Part shown: positions 1 through 9,322 of the stretch, piece by piece | Numbering within the stretch: position 1 is the stretch's first letter | How the letters are laid out: each line of letters opens with the position of its first letter | IMG/VR virus record: IMGVR_UViG_3300025853_009406 | Coordinates: 52,741-116,740 of that record | Length of the DNA stretch: 64,000 nucleotides | Origin: a virus | Strand: one strand, 5' to 3' | Translations under genes and position numbers: made by a program | Notes under the pieces: model-generated | Told to the model about the DNA's origin: nothing | The model's database searches: none | What the model saw: only the letters and a program-made list of their open reading frames with translations

Positions 1-336
1 GCAATAATCTTTTATTTGATCATTTAAAGATCTAGATGATCCTCTCTTTGAATGAGAAACAATAGCATCATAATAATCTCTAATAATAAGAGTTACTTTT
101 GAATCTTTGATAAGTTCTTTTTCATTGAGTGTTGGATCTACCAAATGAAACTTCCTAAGAATCGGAGGATTCTTAGGTTTAACTTCTAGGTTTCCACCAA
201 CCAGATAGTCGATTGCACTATCTGGAATGTCTTCATTAAAATCAACAACAACCCTTTCGGTAATGTATTCAATCAAAAACCTCAATAAAGTATTACCACT
301 TCTAGGGTAAGATATTAAACAGTTTGGTTCACTCAT
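1..336 (-). CDS. Sulfotransferase-family protein (runs off window edge)
   Basis: Manual translation from ATG at 336: MSEPNCLISYPRSGNTLLRFLIEY. SYPRSGNT is the 5'-PAPS-binding motif. Not in the ORF track. Confidence 0.75.
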   Translation of the reverse strand, partial: MSEPNCLISYPRSGNTLLRFLIEYITERVVVDFNEDIPDSAIDYLVGGNLEVKPKNPPILRKFHLVDPTLNEKELIKDSKVTLIIRDYYDAIVSHSKRGSSRSLNDQIKDYC

Positions 337-1121
337 AACACAATCCAATCACTACAATATATATCCTTAGTTTCAAGGTGTGCATTATTTGGACCAAACC
401 ATTCCTTAGGAGCAACAATAGTTTTTGCCTCCGATATATAAGCTCCCCACCAACTAAAAGTACTACTAGCAGTAATGATATATTGACACTTTGTCATCAG
501 ACATAGGTCAAGATATGCATCATCAGTTTCAGAAACTAAGAACCTATCAGAAGAAAAAATAGATTGCTTTTTGCACCATGCAGGATCATCAGAAAAGATT
601 AGAACCTCACAATCTCCAGGAATCTGATTCAAAGCTAGTTGAAAATAGTTTTCATTCTGAGAGTTATGACTCGGATTATTTACATAATCAGTTCTTCTAA
701 TGTGAATAGCGGCAACGTTTTCACTAAAAGAATCTCTTACTTCAGTTGCAACAGATTCATATTCCGATTTAAATTTAAAATCTTTTTTGATTTCATCTTT
801 AATATGATCAAACCATTTAGCACTTTGAAAGAAACCAAATAAGTTTACGTTTCCTTCTGGTAGATTTTCAAATAACTCTGGATCAAATCCAAACCCTTTC
901 TCCTGAACAGTAGGAAAATCAGAGATACCACGTTGGCAAACAATGTCAAAGCAATCGTCAATATTACTTCTAAGTTTTGTATAATAATGTTTACCAAATA
1001 CCTCAGTTGGAGGAATCATAAAATCCTTACCATGCTTTACAGCAATACCTTTAGTAGCTGCGTACTGGAACATTTGATTTCCCAAATGTCCATTATTACC
1101 AAGATGATTAAACGATATCAT
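333..1121 (-). CDS. GT11 alpha-1,2-fucosyl/colitosyl-transferase
   Basis: GHLGNQMFQYA, HIRRTDY and SSTFSWWGAY motifs. Confidence 0.92.
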   Translation of the reverse strand: MISFNHLGNNGHLGNQMFQYAATKGIAVKHGKDFMIPPTEVFGKHYYTKLRSNIDDCFDIVCQRGISDFPTVQEKGFGFDPELFENLPEGNVNLFGFFQSAKWFDHIKDEIKKDFKFKSEYESVATEVRDSFSENVAAIHIRRTDYVNNPSHNSQNENYFQLALNQIPGDCEVLIFSDDPAWCKKQSIFSSDRFLVSETDDAYLDLCLMTKCQYIITASSTFSWWGAYISEAKTIVAPKEWFGPNNAHLETKDIYCSDWIVL

Positions 1122-1917
1122 AGTTTTCTAAAATAAAATCTTCTAGCACTCCAATCTTTTTAACACGCTCTAGATTATCTTCTATAGCATCCATTTTATC
1201 ATAATAGATTTCTTCAGAAACTTCAAACTCCTCAGTGAGTTCAATAATACCTTCTGCATTAAAATACTCACTGATAGAAGGAGATCCCATATAGACTGGA
1301 ATAGTTCCAGTTGCAAAACAATCTAAAATCTTTTCAGTATGATAGGAATCGTAGAATCCATTCTCAATCGCCACTGAAAACATATAATCACAAAGTCCTT
1401 CTTCTTTCAAAGGGATTTCATTAAATCCTCTACCAAAAAGATCCACTTGATCACCAATCATATCAACCCATTTTAGTCTGAGTTTATGTCCTGGTGTACT
1501 ATTTTTATTTGATGTAATAAAAGATAGCATCTTTGTTTTTGGATATACTTGTGGATCTTTAATCCAAGTTCCATTTGGAGGACACCATTTAAATCTCTCA
1601 TCAAGATCCAATAGTTCTTTATTGTGAGTGAAAATATATCTAAAAACTTCTAGATATTCTTTATAATCTCTTTTTACATCATTAACAATATCTGGAGTAA
1701 CATACTTTGACTCTAGCAACCACCCATATTTAATACCTTTTACATTATCAGAGAATGCTTGTGTCATGCTCCGATCAACATAAAATGAAATCCCATTGCT
1801 ATCATCAAAAACCCACTCTACAGTTTTTGCTTCTTTCCCATGAACAGAGTATCCTTTATTTCCATGAGTGAGATGGGTAAAAGAATCTCCAACCAAATTT
1901 AACTTAGTTTTACTCAT
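1108..1917 (-). CDS. GT10-like (alpha-1,3-fucosyltransferase-like) glycosyltransferase
   Basis: YMFSVAIEN...YHTEKILDCFATGTIPVYMG; start moved to MSKTK. Confidence 0.8.
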   Translation of the reverse strand: MSKTKLNLVGDSFTHLTHGNKGYSVHGKEAKTVEWVFDDSNGISFYVDRSMTQAFSDNVKGIKYGWLLESKYVTPDIVNDVKRDYKEYLEVFRYIFTHNKELLDLDERFKWCPPNGTWIKDPQVYPKTKMLSFITSNKNSTPGHKLRLKWVDMIGDQVDLFGRGFNEIPLKEEGLCDYMFSVAIENGFYDSYHTEKILDCFATGTIPVYMGSPSISEYFNAEGIIELTEEFEVSEEIYYDKMDAIEDNLERVKKIGVLEDFILENYDIV

Positions 1918-2263
1918 CAAATACACCCTTGTAAAGTTTAACACTATCTTCCCTGATAGGAGTTCCATTAACAATGGAATCTTCAACTAGAAGATTAATA
2001 GCTTGGACCAGTTTAGGTCTTTTTACTTTGAAGCAGATATCGATCTTTTTCTTTAGTTGAGCAATCTCTTCATCAGTTGTTGCTTCCTGAATGGCATCTT
2101 CTAACATCCAAGTTCTAATATGAAGAATAGCAAGTTTCTCCACAACTTCCCCAAGATTATCTGTTGCAATATACTCAACATCAGGGATCTCTCTCTTGGA
2201 AAGAAATGTTTTAATAGTTTCTTGAAGACAATCTTCTAAAAGTGTTCCGAATGTAGTAATCAT
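1910..2263 (-). CDS. Helical hypothetical protein (DUF4254-like)
   Basis: LGEVVEKLAILHIRTWMLED...RPKLVQAIN; start moved to MITTF. Confidence 0.55.
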   Translation of the reverse strand: MITTFGTLLEDCLQETIKTFLSKREIPDVEYIATDNLGEVVEKLAILHIRTWMLEDAIQEATTDEEIAQLKKKIDICFKVKRPKLVQAINLLVEDSIVNGTPIREDSVKLYKGVFDE

Positions 2264-2264
2264 T

Positions 2265-3131
2265 TTAGTACATAATAGGTTTTTTGATTTCAGTTTCAAT
2301 CAAATCATATACAACATTTAAGTTGTGTTGATCTGTATTAACTTGCTTTGCTACTGAGTTGTCATACCAAATGCCTTCACTAGGATACTTAGAAAAACTA
2401 ATATAAGTTTTTGTCTTATCCAAAAGATTTTTTTTAGTATGTGTGTAGCAATATGGACCAGATGCCCTTCCAATTATTATATCACATGATATTGAAATAT
2501 ATGATATTAGGAGAAGGTCGCAATCGATATTACCAGTTATCTGAGGAACTCTGATAATGCTTTCATGATTTATCTTTGTTTTATTAGTCATCAAGAAAGC
2601 AACCTTAGGATATTCTTTAGCAAGGCGCTCTATAACTGGATCAAAATCAAAGTTTTTAATCTGACCAGACATGCAATCATTATTACATACCAAAACTATT
2701 TTGTCATAACAGGCTCTTATTGTACACAAATCATTGATTACATTATCTGGAACATATGGATCCATATCAAAGAACTTTACTGTAGGCAAAAGATCTTCTT
2801 CATGATCATATTTAATGCCATAGTATTGAAAGATTTCATCTGCTAGAGGAACATATCCCCTAAAAGAACATGCATCTTTTTTAACAAACTTTGCTTTTTC
2901 TTTCCCAATCCAAGTGTTGATAAGATTTTCCTTATAGTTGTTTGCACCTCTTGGGATATGAATATTTGGGTTTGTGGGACCAGCATACAATCCTGGATAA
3001 TCATTTAGAATTTTAGGATTCATTCTATGATAATACTTTACATCAAAATCATTTTTTAAAAACTGATCGATGATTATCCTAGAATAAAAAACATCACCAT
3101 TATGAAAATCATTATAAAGTTTAATAGTCAT
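2265..3131 (-). CDS. Hypothetical protein, possibly glycosyltransferase-like
   Basis: HNGDVFYSR N-terminus and CDIIIGRASGP C-terminal motif; located in the sugar island. Confidence 0.5.
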   Translation of the reverse strand: MTIKLYNDFHNGDVFYSRIIIDQFLKNDFDVKYYHRMNPKILNDYPGLYAGPTNPNIHIPRGANNYKENLINTWIGKEKAKFVKKDACSFRGYVPLADEIFQYYGIKYDHEEDLLPTVKFFDMDPYVPDNVINDLCTIRACYDKIVLVCNNDCMSGQIKNFDFDPVIERLAKEYPKVAFLMTNKTKINHESIIRVPQITGNIDCDLLLISYISISCDIIIGRASGPYCYTHTKKNLLDKTKTYISFSKYPSEGIWYDNSVAKQVNTDQHNLNVVYDLIETEIKKPIMY

Positions 3132-4288
3132 AATACTTCTAAAATATCAGATAAAAGTTGTAGATGATCTGGACCAACAAACTGACTGTTACCAATATAA
3201 ATCCCATTTTCATGAATAAGATCTACATTTAAAGTACCTTCTTTGTTACTGCAGATTTCATAGTTTAAGTATGGTTGTCGTAACAAGTTTCCACCAACAA
3301 CTGGTCGATATTCAACTCCACGGTCAATAAGAAGATCAATAAGACGCTTCTTAACTTCAACCGTTTTACAGATTAATGGAAAGCAAAAAGAACTATTTCC
3401 AAGGTTATGTGCAATGGGGTAAAGTTTAGAGCAGTTGTTTACAATATCAACATACTCATCATAGTTTTCTCTCCTAATATCAATAATTGTATCAAGACGT
3501 TTTAGTTGAGAAGATCCAAGCACGGCACCTAACTCAGTATTCCTAAAGTTATACCCATCAGTTACAAACAAAAAAGACTTTTCAATCTCTGGGTTTTGTT
3601 TAGAATAATAGTCAAAATGATCAGATGCTCTAGCAAGACCATGCGTTCTTTTCATCTTCATCAGATCATATAGCTCACTATTGTTAGTAGAAATCATTCC
3701 ACCTTCAATGGTTGACATATGGTGTCCAAAGTAAAAACTGAACGTAGATCCTAGACTATTAGAACCAACTTTTTCTCCAAGTAGTTCACATCCATGAGAT
3801 TCGCATACATCATCTAAAAAGATGGCGTCTGGAAAATAGGACTTATATACAGGAACATTGGCAGGAATACCAAGCAAGTGTGTTACAAAAACTAACTTAA
3901 TATCTGGATGTTGTTCTTTAACATACTGCAAGGATTCTAAATCAAATCCATAATCTTCCAAACTAACGTCACAAAAAATAGGAGTAAGTCCAAGTTGAAA
4001 GATGGGATTAATATTTGTCACCCATGTACATGCTGGTAGCAAAACTTTATCTCCTCTCTTGAGTCCATAAAGTTCCATAACTGCAGCAATAAGAAGAAAG
4101 TTTGCCGTACTGCCAGAGGTTACATAAAGAGAATGTTTACAACCTAACCAGTTAGACCACTCATCCTCAAACTTTTTTACTCTTTCTCCTTGAGTAAATC
4201 TATCTGACGTAAGAATAAACTTTGCTAATTTTAATCTGTCCATAAAAGACAGAGTATTTTTCATCAATGGCCAGTTATACCCTTTCAT
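3128..4288 (-). CDS. colD: DegT/DnrJ-family PLP enzyme, ColD-type GDP-4-keto-6-deoxymannose 3-dehydratase
   Basis: SGSTAN and DVCESHG motifs; SFYFGHHMSTIEGG has His where aminotransferases have the Schiff-base Lys; adjacent to gmd and fcl. Confidence 0.75.
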   Translation of the reverse strand: MKGYNWPLMKNTLSFMDRLKLAKFILTSDRFTQGERVKKFEDEWSNWLGCKHSLYVTSGSTANFLLIAAVMELYGLKRGDKVLLPACTWVTNINPIFQLGLTPIFCDVSLEDYGFDLESLQYVKEQHPDIKLVFVTHLLGIPANVPVYKSYFPDAIFLDDVCESHGCELLGEKVGSNSLGSTFSFYFGHHMSTIEGGMISTNNSELYDLMKMKRTHGLARASDHFDYYSKQNPEIEKSFLFVTDGYNFRNTELGAVLGSSQLKRLDTIIDIRRENYDEYVDIVNNCSKLYPIAHNLGNSSFCFPLICKTVEVKKRLIDLLIDRGVEYRPVVGGNLLRQPYLNYEICSNKEGTLNVDLIHENGIYIGNSQFVGPDHLQLLSDILEVL

Positions 4289-5219
4289 ATGTGCTCCTAT
4301 TCTTCAAGAACCAATCAATAGTAATCTTAAGACCATCTTCTAAATTTGTTTTAGCAGACCAGTTTAATGATTTCATTTTAGAAGTATCCAACGCTCTCCT
4401 CGGAGTTCCGTTGGGTTTTGACGTATCCCATGAGATAAGTCCTTCATAACCAACATACTTTGCAACGATTTCTGATAACTCCCTGATACTAACTTCCCGA
4501 TCTGGTCCAATATTTATAATCTCTGGATCATCATAGTTATTCATCAAAAAGATAAGACCATCTGCTAAATCATCAGAGAATAAAAACTCTCTAGTAGGAC
4601 TACCATCACCAAAACAAGTTACAATAAGACTATTATTATCTTTTGCAGTGATAAACTTATTAATAAAACTTGGAATAACATGACACTTTTCGATATTGAA
4701 GTTGTCATTGATTCCATATAGATTGTTTGGCATTACAGAAATAGTATCAAAACCATATTGCTCTGAATACTTTTTACACATAATGTAACCAGAGATTTTT
4801 GCCAGTGAATATGCAATGTTAGTCTCCTCTAAAGGAGAAGTCATTAAATATTCTTCTTTGATTGGTACTGGAGCATGTTTAGGATAGATACATGCTGATC
4901 CAAGAAATGCAAGTTTTTTAGCTGCGTTTTGATATGCTGCATCTATAACATTTGTTTGGATCTGTAGATTATCTCTAATAAAATCGGCAGGGATTGCTTT
5001 GTTATAACTAATACCACCTACTCTTGCAGCAGAAAGAAACACATACTCAGGTTTATGATATTCAAAAAAGTCTTCTACATCAACTTGACGAGTAAGATCT
5101 ACTTTTGATTTATCTGCTGTAATAATATTGGAATATCCTTGGTTTGTAAGTTGCCTGATTAGAGCAGATCCTACTAGACCTTTATGTCCTGCAACATAAA
5201 TTTTCGAATCATGATTCAT
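4275..5219 (-). CDS. fcl: GDP-L-fucose synthase (Fcl/WcaG/ColC-like)
   Basis: [41 protein letters not shown]. Confidence 0.95.
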   Translation of the reverse strand: MNHDSKIYVAGHKGLVGSALIRQLTNQGYSNIITADKSKVDLTRQVDVEDFFEYHKPEYVFLSAARVGGISYNKAIPADFIRDNLQIQTNVIDAAYQNAAKKLAFLGSACIYPKHAPVPIKEEYLMTSPLEETNIAYSLAKISGYIMCKKYSEQYGFDTISVMPNNLYGINDNFNIEKCHVIPSFINKFITAKDNNSLIVTCFGDGSPTREFLFSDDLADGLIFLMNNYDDPEIINIGPDREVSIRELSEIVAKYVGYEGLISWDTSKPNGTPRRALDTSKMKSLNWSAKTNLEDGLKITIDWFLKNRSTYERV

Positions 5220-6210
5220 TTTGACACATCTCCATAACTAGATCACAAAAAGATACAGTTGGTTCCCAACCAAGTTGTTCTTTTGCTTTTGTTGGATCTC
5301 CCAAAAGAGTTTTTACTTCTGCTGGTCGATAATATTTTGGATTAACTGTAACAATGGTTTTTTTAGTCTTTTGATCCATACCAATCTCATCTTCACCACT
5401 ACCATGCCACTCAATATCCATTCCAAAATAAGGAGCTGCTTTTTCTACAAACTCTCGAACAGAATGCTGAACACCAGTAGCAATGACATAATCTTCAGGA
5501 GTTTCTTGCTGGAGCATCATCCACATTGCTTTACAATAGTCTCTGGCATGTCCCCAATCCCTCTTTGCATCTAGATTTCCAAGTTGCAGAAGAGTTTGCT
5601 TCCCTTCAGAGATTGCTTTTAGTCCTCGTACAATTTTACGAGTTACAAATGTCTCACCGCGTCGTGGAGATTCGTGATTAAAAAGAATACCACTACAGGC
5701 ATACATTCCATATGACTCACGATAGTTCTTTACAATCCAATATCCATACAGTTTTGCAACACCATATGGAGAACGTGGATAAAAAGGTGTCGTTTCTGTT
5801 TGAGGAATCTCTTGCACCTTTCCATAGAGTTCGCTAGTAGATGCTTGGTAAATACGAATCTTATCTTCCATACCCAGAAGACGAACTGCCTCAAGGACTC
5901 TAAGAGTGCCCAGTCCATCAGTCTGTCCTGTGTACTCAGGCATCTCAAACGATACCTTGACGTGACTCTGAGCGCCAAGATTATAGATTTCGTCTGGTTG
6001 AACTTGCTGAATAACCCCTACTAGGTTAGTAGAATCAGTCAAATCTCCATAATGAAGATTAAGTTTATCGTAAATATGATCAATACGATGTGTGTTGATC
6101 AAAGAAGCACGACGAACAATACCATGAACTTCATAACCTTTTTCAAGGAGAAGTTCTGCGAGGTATGAACCGTCTTGTCCCGTAATACCAGTGATTAAAG
6201 CTTTTTTCAT
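5209..6210 (-). CDS. gmd: GDP-mannose 4,6-dehydratase
   Basis: [49 protein letters not shown]. Confidence 0.98.
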   Translation of the reverse strand: MKKALITGITGQDGSYLAELLLEKGYEVHGIVRRASLINTHRIDHIYDKLNLHYGDLTDSTNLVGVIQQVQPDEIYNLGAQSHVKVSFEMPEYTGQTDGLGTLRVLEAVRLLGMEDKIRIYQASTSELYGKVQEIPQTETTPFYPRSPYGVAKLYGYWIVKNYRESYGMYACSGILFNHESPRRGETFVTRKIVRGLKAISEGKQTLLQLGNLDAKRDWGHARDYCKAMWMMLQQETPEDYVIATGVQHSVREFVEKAAPYFGMDIEWHGSGEDEIGMDQKTKKTIVTVNPKYYRPAEVKTLLGDPTKAKEQLGWEPTVSFCDLVMEMCQNES

Positions 6211-6213
6211 AAA

Positions 6214-6555
6214 TCAAACTCTTCCAAAATCATCTTCAAGTCTAACAATGTCATCCTCATCGCAAGGATCACCAATCTGAACTTCAATAAGGGTTATTCC
6301 TGTTTCGCCTCCCGTAACTCTATGCACAGTAGTTCTTGGTACAAAAATAAAGTCTCCAACTTTTACATCTCTTTCAGACTCACCCACAATAACTTTAGCA
6401 TCTCCTTGAACAACTGTCCAGTATTCGTTTCTTAAGTTATGATACTGGAGAGAAAAACTTTTTCCAGGATCGACATAAAGTCTTTTACATTTATAGTTGG
6501 AGGTTTCGGAAAAAACTTCCTCATACCACCCCCAAGGTTTTTCAACTCTTTCCAT
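6214..6555 (-). CDS. Mannose-6-phosphate isomerase type II C-terminal cupin
   Basis: KPWGWY, SLQYH..R.EYW, IEVQIG...EDDIVRLEDDFGR. Start moved to MERVEK because the longer ORF runs through a terminator. Confidence 0.88.
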   Translation of the reverse strand: MERVEKPWGWYEEVFSETSNYKCKRLYVDPGKSFSLQYHNLRNEYWTVVQGDAKVIVGESERDVKVGDFIFVPRTTVHRVTGGETGITLIEVQIGDPCDEDDIVRLEDDFGRV

Positions 6556-6589
6556 GTACATAAACATAGTGACTATGATATGTATACAA

Positions 6590-6616
6590 GAAAAAAGGAG
6601 GGTTATTACACCCCCC
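6590..6616 (-). terminator. Intrinsic terminator at the end of the structured RNA
   Basis: GGGGGGT-GTAATA-ACCCTCC-TTTTTT on the minus strand. Confidence 0.75.
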
Positions 6617-6619
6617 TTT

Positions 6620-6769
6620 GTAGGTCTTTTCATGCACGCCACTTGCTCTTTAGAGAAGCAAGAAACTCATATTAGGGTCATATGACTCCACCACACATTT
6701 TTGAGAGAAATGAGAAACTCCAGGGGTCAATGACCATCCCGACCAGGATTTTTATAGACTCTCCATGTC
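6620..6769 (-). ncRNA. Structured RNA, probably the manA RNA motif
   Basis: Non-coding gap upstream of an M6P-isomerase cupin gene near the tRNA cluster; two repeated GAGTTTC..hairpin..TGGYG modules. Family assigned from recollection, not from a covariance search. Confidence 0.6.
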
Positions 6770-6985
6770 TTAGGCAACTTCAACAGTTTCAAGATCATTA
6801 TAAAGATATTCCATTAAAATCTCATAATCATCAAGAGGATCTCCAGAGAAAACTACTCCACTATTTCCATAAAAGCGTCGAACTTTTTTATAAAGTTTTG
6901 GATTTTTAACATCCAAAAAGATTTCTCCATTTGCAGCAGACCTAAGTGTATTGATGTCTTTTTTGAACTTTTCTGTAAGTGCCAT
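6770..6985 (-). CDS. Conserved small cyanophage/picocyanobacterial hypothetical protein
   Basis: MALTEKFKKD...LDVKNPKLYKKVRR...GVVFSGDPLDDY; lies after a consensus promoter. Confidence 0.7.
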   Translation of the reverse strand: MALTEKFKKDINTLRSAANGEIFLDVKNPKLYKKVRRFYGNSGVVFSGDPLDDYEILMEYLYNDLETVEVA

Positions 6986-7007
6986 TTTTTTGAGTGTTGA
7001 CATTTAT

Positions 7008-7036
7008 ATTATAATGGTTTGACAGTTTACTGTCAA
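7008..7036 (-). promoter_or_regulatory. Sigma70-type early promoter
   Basis: TTGACA-N17-TATAAT, perfect consensus; the -35 box lies in the inverted repeat TTGACAG-TAAA-CTGTCAA. Confidence 0.85.
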
Positions 7037-7060
7037 TAGGACATAAGTGGTTATGTCCAA

Positions 7061-7134
7061 TGCAGGTTAAGGGAATTGAACCCTTCTTAGCCGCTTTATG
7101 AGAACGGAGCATTCAACCAGATTGCTAAACCTGC
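7061..7134 (-). tRNA. tRNA-Met/Ile2 (CAT), elongator type
   Basis: Cloverleaf: acceptor GCAGGTT/AACCTGC, anticodon loop CTCATAA, T-arm AAGGG-TTCAATT-CCCTT. Confidence 0.9.
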
Positions 7135-7157
7135 TCGTCTAGAAACTCTGCTAGAAG

Positions 7158-7358
7158 TCAAGATCCTTCTTGGTGATCTGTGTACAAGCGTATGAGTTCA
7201 TCATCTGCTGGAACCATAACTGCAGTTTGCTCATTTTCTTCGTTTTTGATTCCTATATGCTCCCCATTCTCAACTCTTTCAATCAAAGTTTCCCAGTTAT
7301 TTTGCCAATATTCCACTGTGTAAATTTCAATAGTTGTTGTATTTATCATATGATTCAA
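7158..7358 (-). CDS. Small Phd/YefM-like protein
   Basis: TVEYWQNNWETLIERVENGEHIGIKN..TAVMVP resembles the Phd/YefM N-terminal pattern. Confidence 0.5.
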   Translation of the reverse strand: MNHMINTTTIEIYTVEYWQNNWETLIERVENGEHIGIKNEENEQTAVMVPADDELIRLYTDHQEGS

Positions 7359-7917
7359 AGAATATTTTTTTGTAATCAGAAATAAAATTATAGAATGCTT
7401 TTGAAGGTCTTTGAGATTTTAGATTAAATGTCAATGAAGTTGATATATGTTCTTTAGGAATAACATTTTCCAACTCGTAAACTTTTAGATAATCTATAAT
7501 AAACAAAGAACAGATTTCTGGATCTAAACTTTGCATGAATAATCTCTCAAGTCTTTCCGTAGATTCTTGACAGTTTTGAGGTATTTTATAATAGTTATCA
7601 GAAAAGTCTTTGGTTTCTATTCTATTGTTTTCTATGTGGTCTTCAATCGGGGATGTATTTTTTTCCAAATAATATCTGCAGAATCTTGTAAAGATATTTT
7701 CCATATAAACTGCATTATATTCTGCAACCTCATTGACATCTAGTTTAAAGTTCCAAGGCATTCCACTGAAGCAACATACGATATGTGCAATATCATGTGT
7801 TGGAGTTGTTGGAGGAACCTCATCACTATGTAAAGTTAAAACTTGATTGTCAGAATAAAAAACTTTAAAGAGTGTATTTCCTTTATCCCAAGACCAAAAA
7901 ATTTCTTTTACTTCCAT
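7327..7917 (-). CDS. Hypothetical protein (HDIAH motif)
   Basis: 196-aa ORF; no family recognised. Confidence 0.6.
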   Translation of the reverse strand: MEVKEIFWSWDKGNTLFKVFYSDNQVLTLHSDEVPPTTPTHDIAHIVCCFSGMPWNFKLDVNEVAEYNAVYMENIFTRFCRYYLEKNTSPIEDHIENNRIETKDFSDNYYKIPQNCQESTERLERLFMQSLDPEICSLFIIDYLKVYELENVIPKEHISTSLTFNLKSQRPSKAFYNFISDYKKIFFESYDKYNNY

Positions 7918-7935
7918 CAGAATAATAAAGGGTAA

Positions 7936-7956
7936 TCGGAATGACAGGATTGGAAC
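7936..7956 (-). pseudogene. 3' remnant of a tRNA (Pro-like)
   Basis: GTTCCAATCCTGTCATTCCGA is a T-loop plus acceptor 3' strand; no 5' half upstream. Confidence 0.5.
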
Positions 7957-7984
7957 GTCTCAAGTTCCTGATGTAGTAATCATA

Positions 7985-8206
7985 CTACTTTTTATGCCGT
8001 TTGTCAAATGGTTCCCAATGTTCCCATCCATATTTGTGAACTGCCCACATACCAAGGATAGGGACAAAGACGAGAGACGCTGAAAGAAATCCCATAGTCC
8101 ATGGATTATTTAGTACCCATCGAGAAAAATGTGCTACTTCATGTATCATGGATTTTAAGGTATAAAACATGAAAGTAAAATTAAAGTTTCCATTACATAC
8201 TCCCAT
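7985..8206 (-). CDS. Small membrane hypothetical protein
   Basis: Hydrophobic segment followed by HKYGWEHWEPF; true start probably internal. Confidence 0.6.
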   Translation of the reverse strand: MGVCNGNFNFTFMFYTLKSMIHEVAHFSRWVLNNPWTMGFLSASLVFVPILGMWAVHKYGWEHWEPFDKRHKK

Positions 8207-8408
8207 TTCTAAATCCTACTATATACCCAAGTAGAAGTCCGCACATAAATGATACCCACAGGTATAGCACATGAGATGTAAATGCAATAAACTCCATCCA
8301 TTCAGTATACGTCATCATCCCCCTCGTAAAGTGGGCATGGTTCTTCGAATAACAATAGCATTCGCATCTCTTTAACTTTTTCCTGCAACTTTTCGTAGTC
8401 TTCTTCAG

Positions 8409-8612
8409 TCATAATGTGATGTTCATCCATGAGAATACGGGTGGTATTACTCCAATAAGTCGAAGTAAACCCTCAGCAAAAAGTGCAAGAACAACCCAAC
8501 CAACACACATACTAATAATCGAAGCATTCCGATTATGACGACGTATTGCAGCATCGATCATCTCCTGGACTTCACTGCGACTTACATAATCATCATCAAA
8601 AGGACTCATCAT
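8409..8612 (-). CDS. Small membrane hypothetical protein
   Basis: EVQEMIDAAIRRHNRNASIISMCVGWVVLALFAEGLLRL. Confidence 0.7.
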   Translation of the reverse strand: MMSPFDDDYVSRSEVQEMIDAAIRRHNRNASIISMCVGWVVLALFAEGLLRLIGVIPPVFSWMNITL

Positions 8613-8880
8613 TTCTCGTCCCCCAGATACTTTGCTGCTGGATCTTTTTTAGTCTTTACTATAGCACAAGCTCTTTTGTAAAACATGTTGTCTGTATTCC
8701 CAGACTCTTCAAAAACAGCTTTGACCTTTACCCAGTTTTGATAAGTATGATCGTCCATGTGTTTTTAGCTTATTTACTAGTTATGATATTATTCTAGTGA
8801 CTAGTAAAAAACTTGCATGGTTTATATCGATACCGTAACACTGTTTAAGAAAATATTAAATATTAAATATTAAATAAAAA

Positions 8881-8899
8881 GGAAGATCAGGGATTCGAA
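8881..8899 (-). pseudogene. 3' remnant of a tRNA (Ser-like)
   Basis: TTCGAATCCCTGATCTTCC directly after the stop codon of the upstream CDS; rest of the tRNA absent. Confidence 0.55.
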
Positions 8900-8902
8900 G
8901 TT

Positions 8903-9163
8903 TTAGCGGACTTCAAAGTCCAACTTACGAACATTGCGTTGTCTTCTTGCCTCTTGCCAGGCAATATCTTCAGGACTTAAAACATTATTTGATTGCTTTG
9001 ACTTGTAAGTGTTTAACATAACTACCTGAGATAAGTCAACTGCAGAAATATTTTCATAATCTCTAATGGTTGCCATATTTGGACAACCACAAGTAACAGT
9101 TTTTCCGACAACCCCTAAAAGTTCTTTAGAACATGACTTGCATCTTATTTTTACAGGATCCAT
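8903..9163 (-). CDS. Zn-ribbon hypothetical protein
   Basis: CKSC...CGCPN; start moved to MDPVK because the longer ORF overlaps tRNA-Ala. Confidence 0.7.
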   Translation of the reverse strand: MDPVKIRCKSCSKELLGVVGKTVTCGCPNMATIRDYENISAVDLSQVVMLNTYKSKQSNNVLSPEDIAWQEARRQRNVRKLDFEVR

Positions 9164-9192
9164 AATATAACATGCTTTCTTATTATTTATAA

Positions 9193-9265
9193 TGGAGAAT
9201 AGCGGACTCGAACCGCTGACAGCCTGCTTGCAAAGCAGATACTCTACCAACTGAGCTAATTCCCC
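9193..9265 (-). tRNA. tRNA-Ala (TGC)
   Basis: GGGGAATTAGCTCAGTTGGTAGAGTATCTGCTTTGCAAGCAGG...GGTTCGAGTCCGCTATTCTCCA. Confidence 0.95.
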
Positions 9266-9266
9266 T

Positions 9267-9293
9267 TGCCCGTTAGGTTGGACTCGAACCAAC
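9267..9293 (-). pseudogene. 3' remnant of a tRNA (intact T-arm only)
   Basis: GTTGG-TTCGAGT-CCAAC followed by CTAACGGGCA; no D or anticodon arm in the 30 nt after tRNA-Gly. Confidence 0.55.
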
Positions 9294-9322
9294 TACTGAA
9301 TGTAAGGAACCAAAAGGTTCAG

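Noticed and set aside
8851-8876. (AAATATT)x3 tandem repeat as a Pho box
   Set aside because: The period is 7 bp rather than 11 bp; probably slippage in AT-rich DNA
9164-9292. 5' extension of ORF 8903..9292
   Set aside because: It reads through tRNA-Ala
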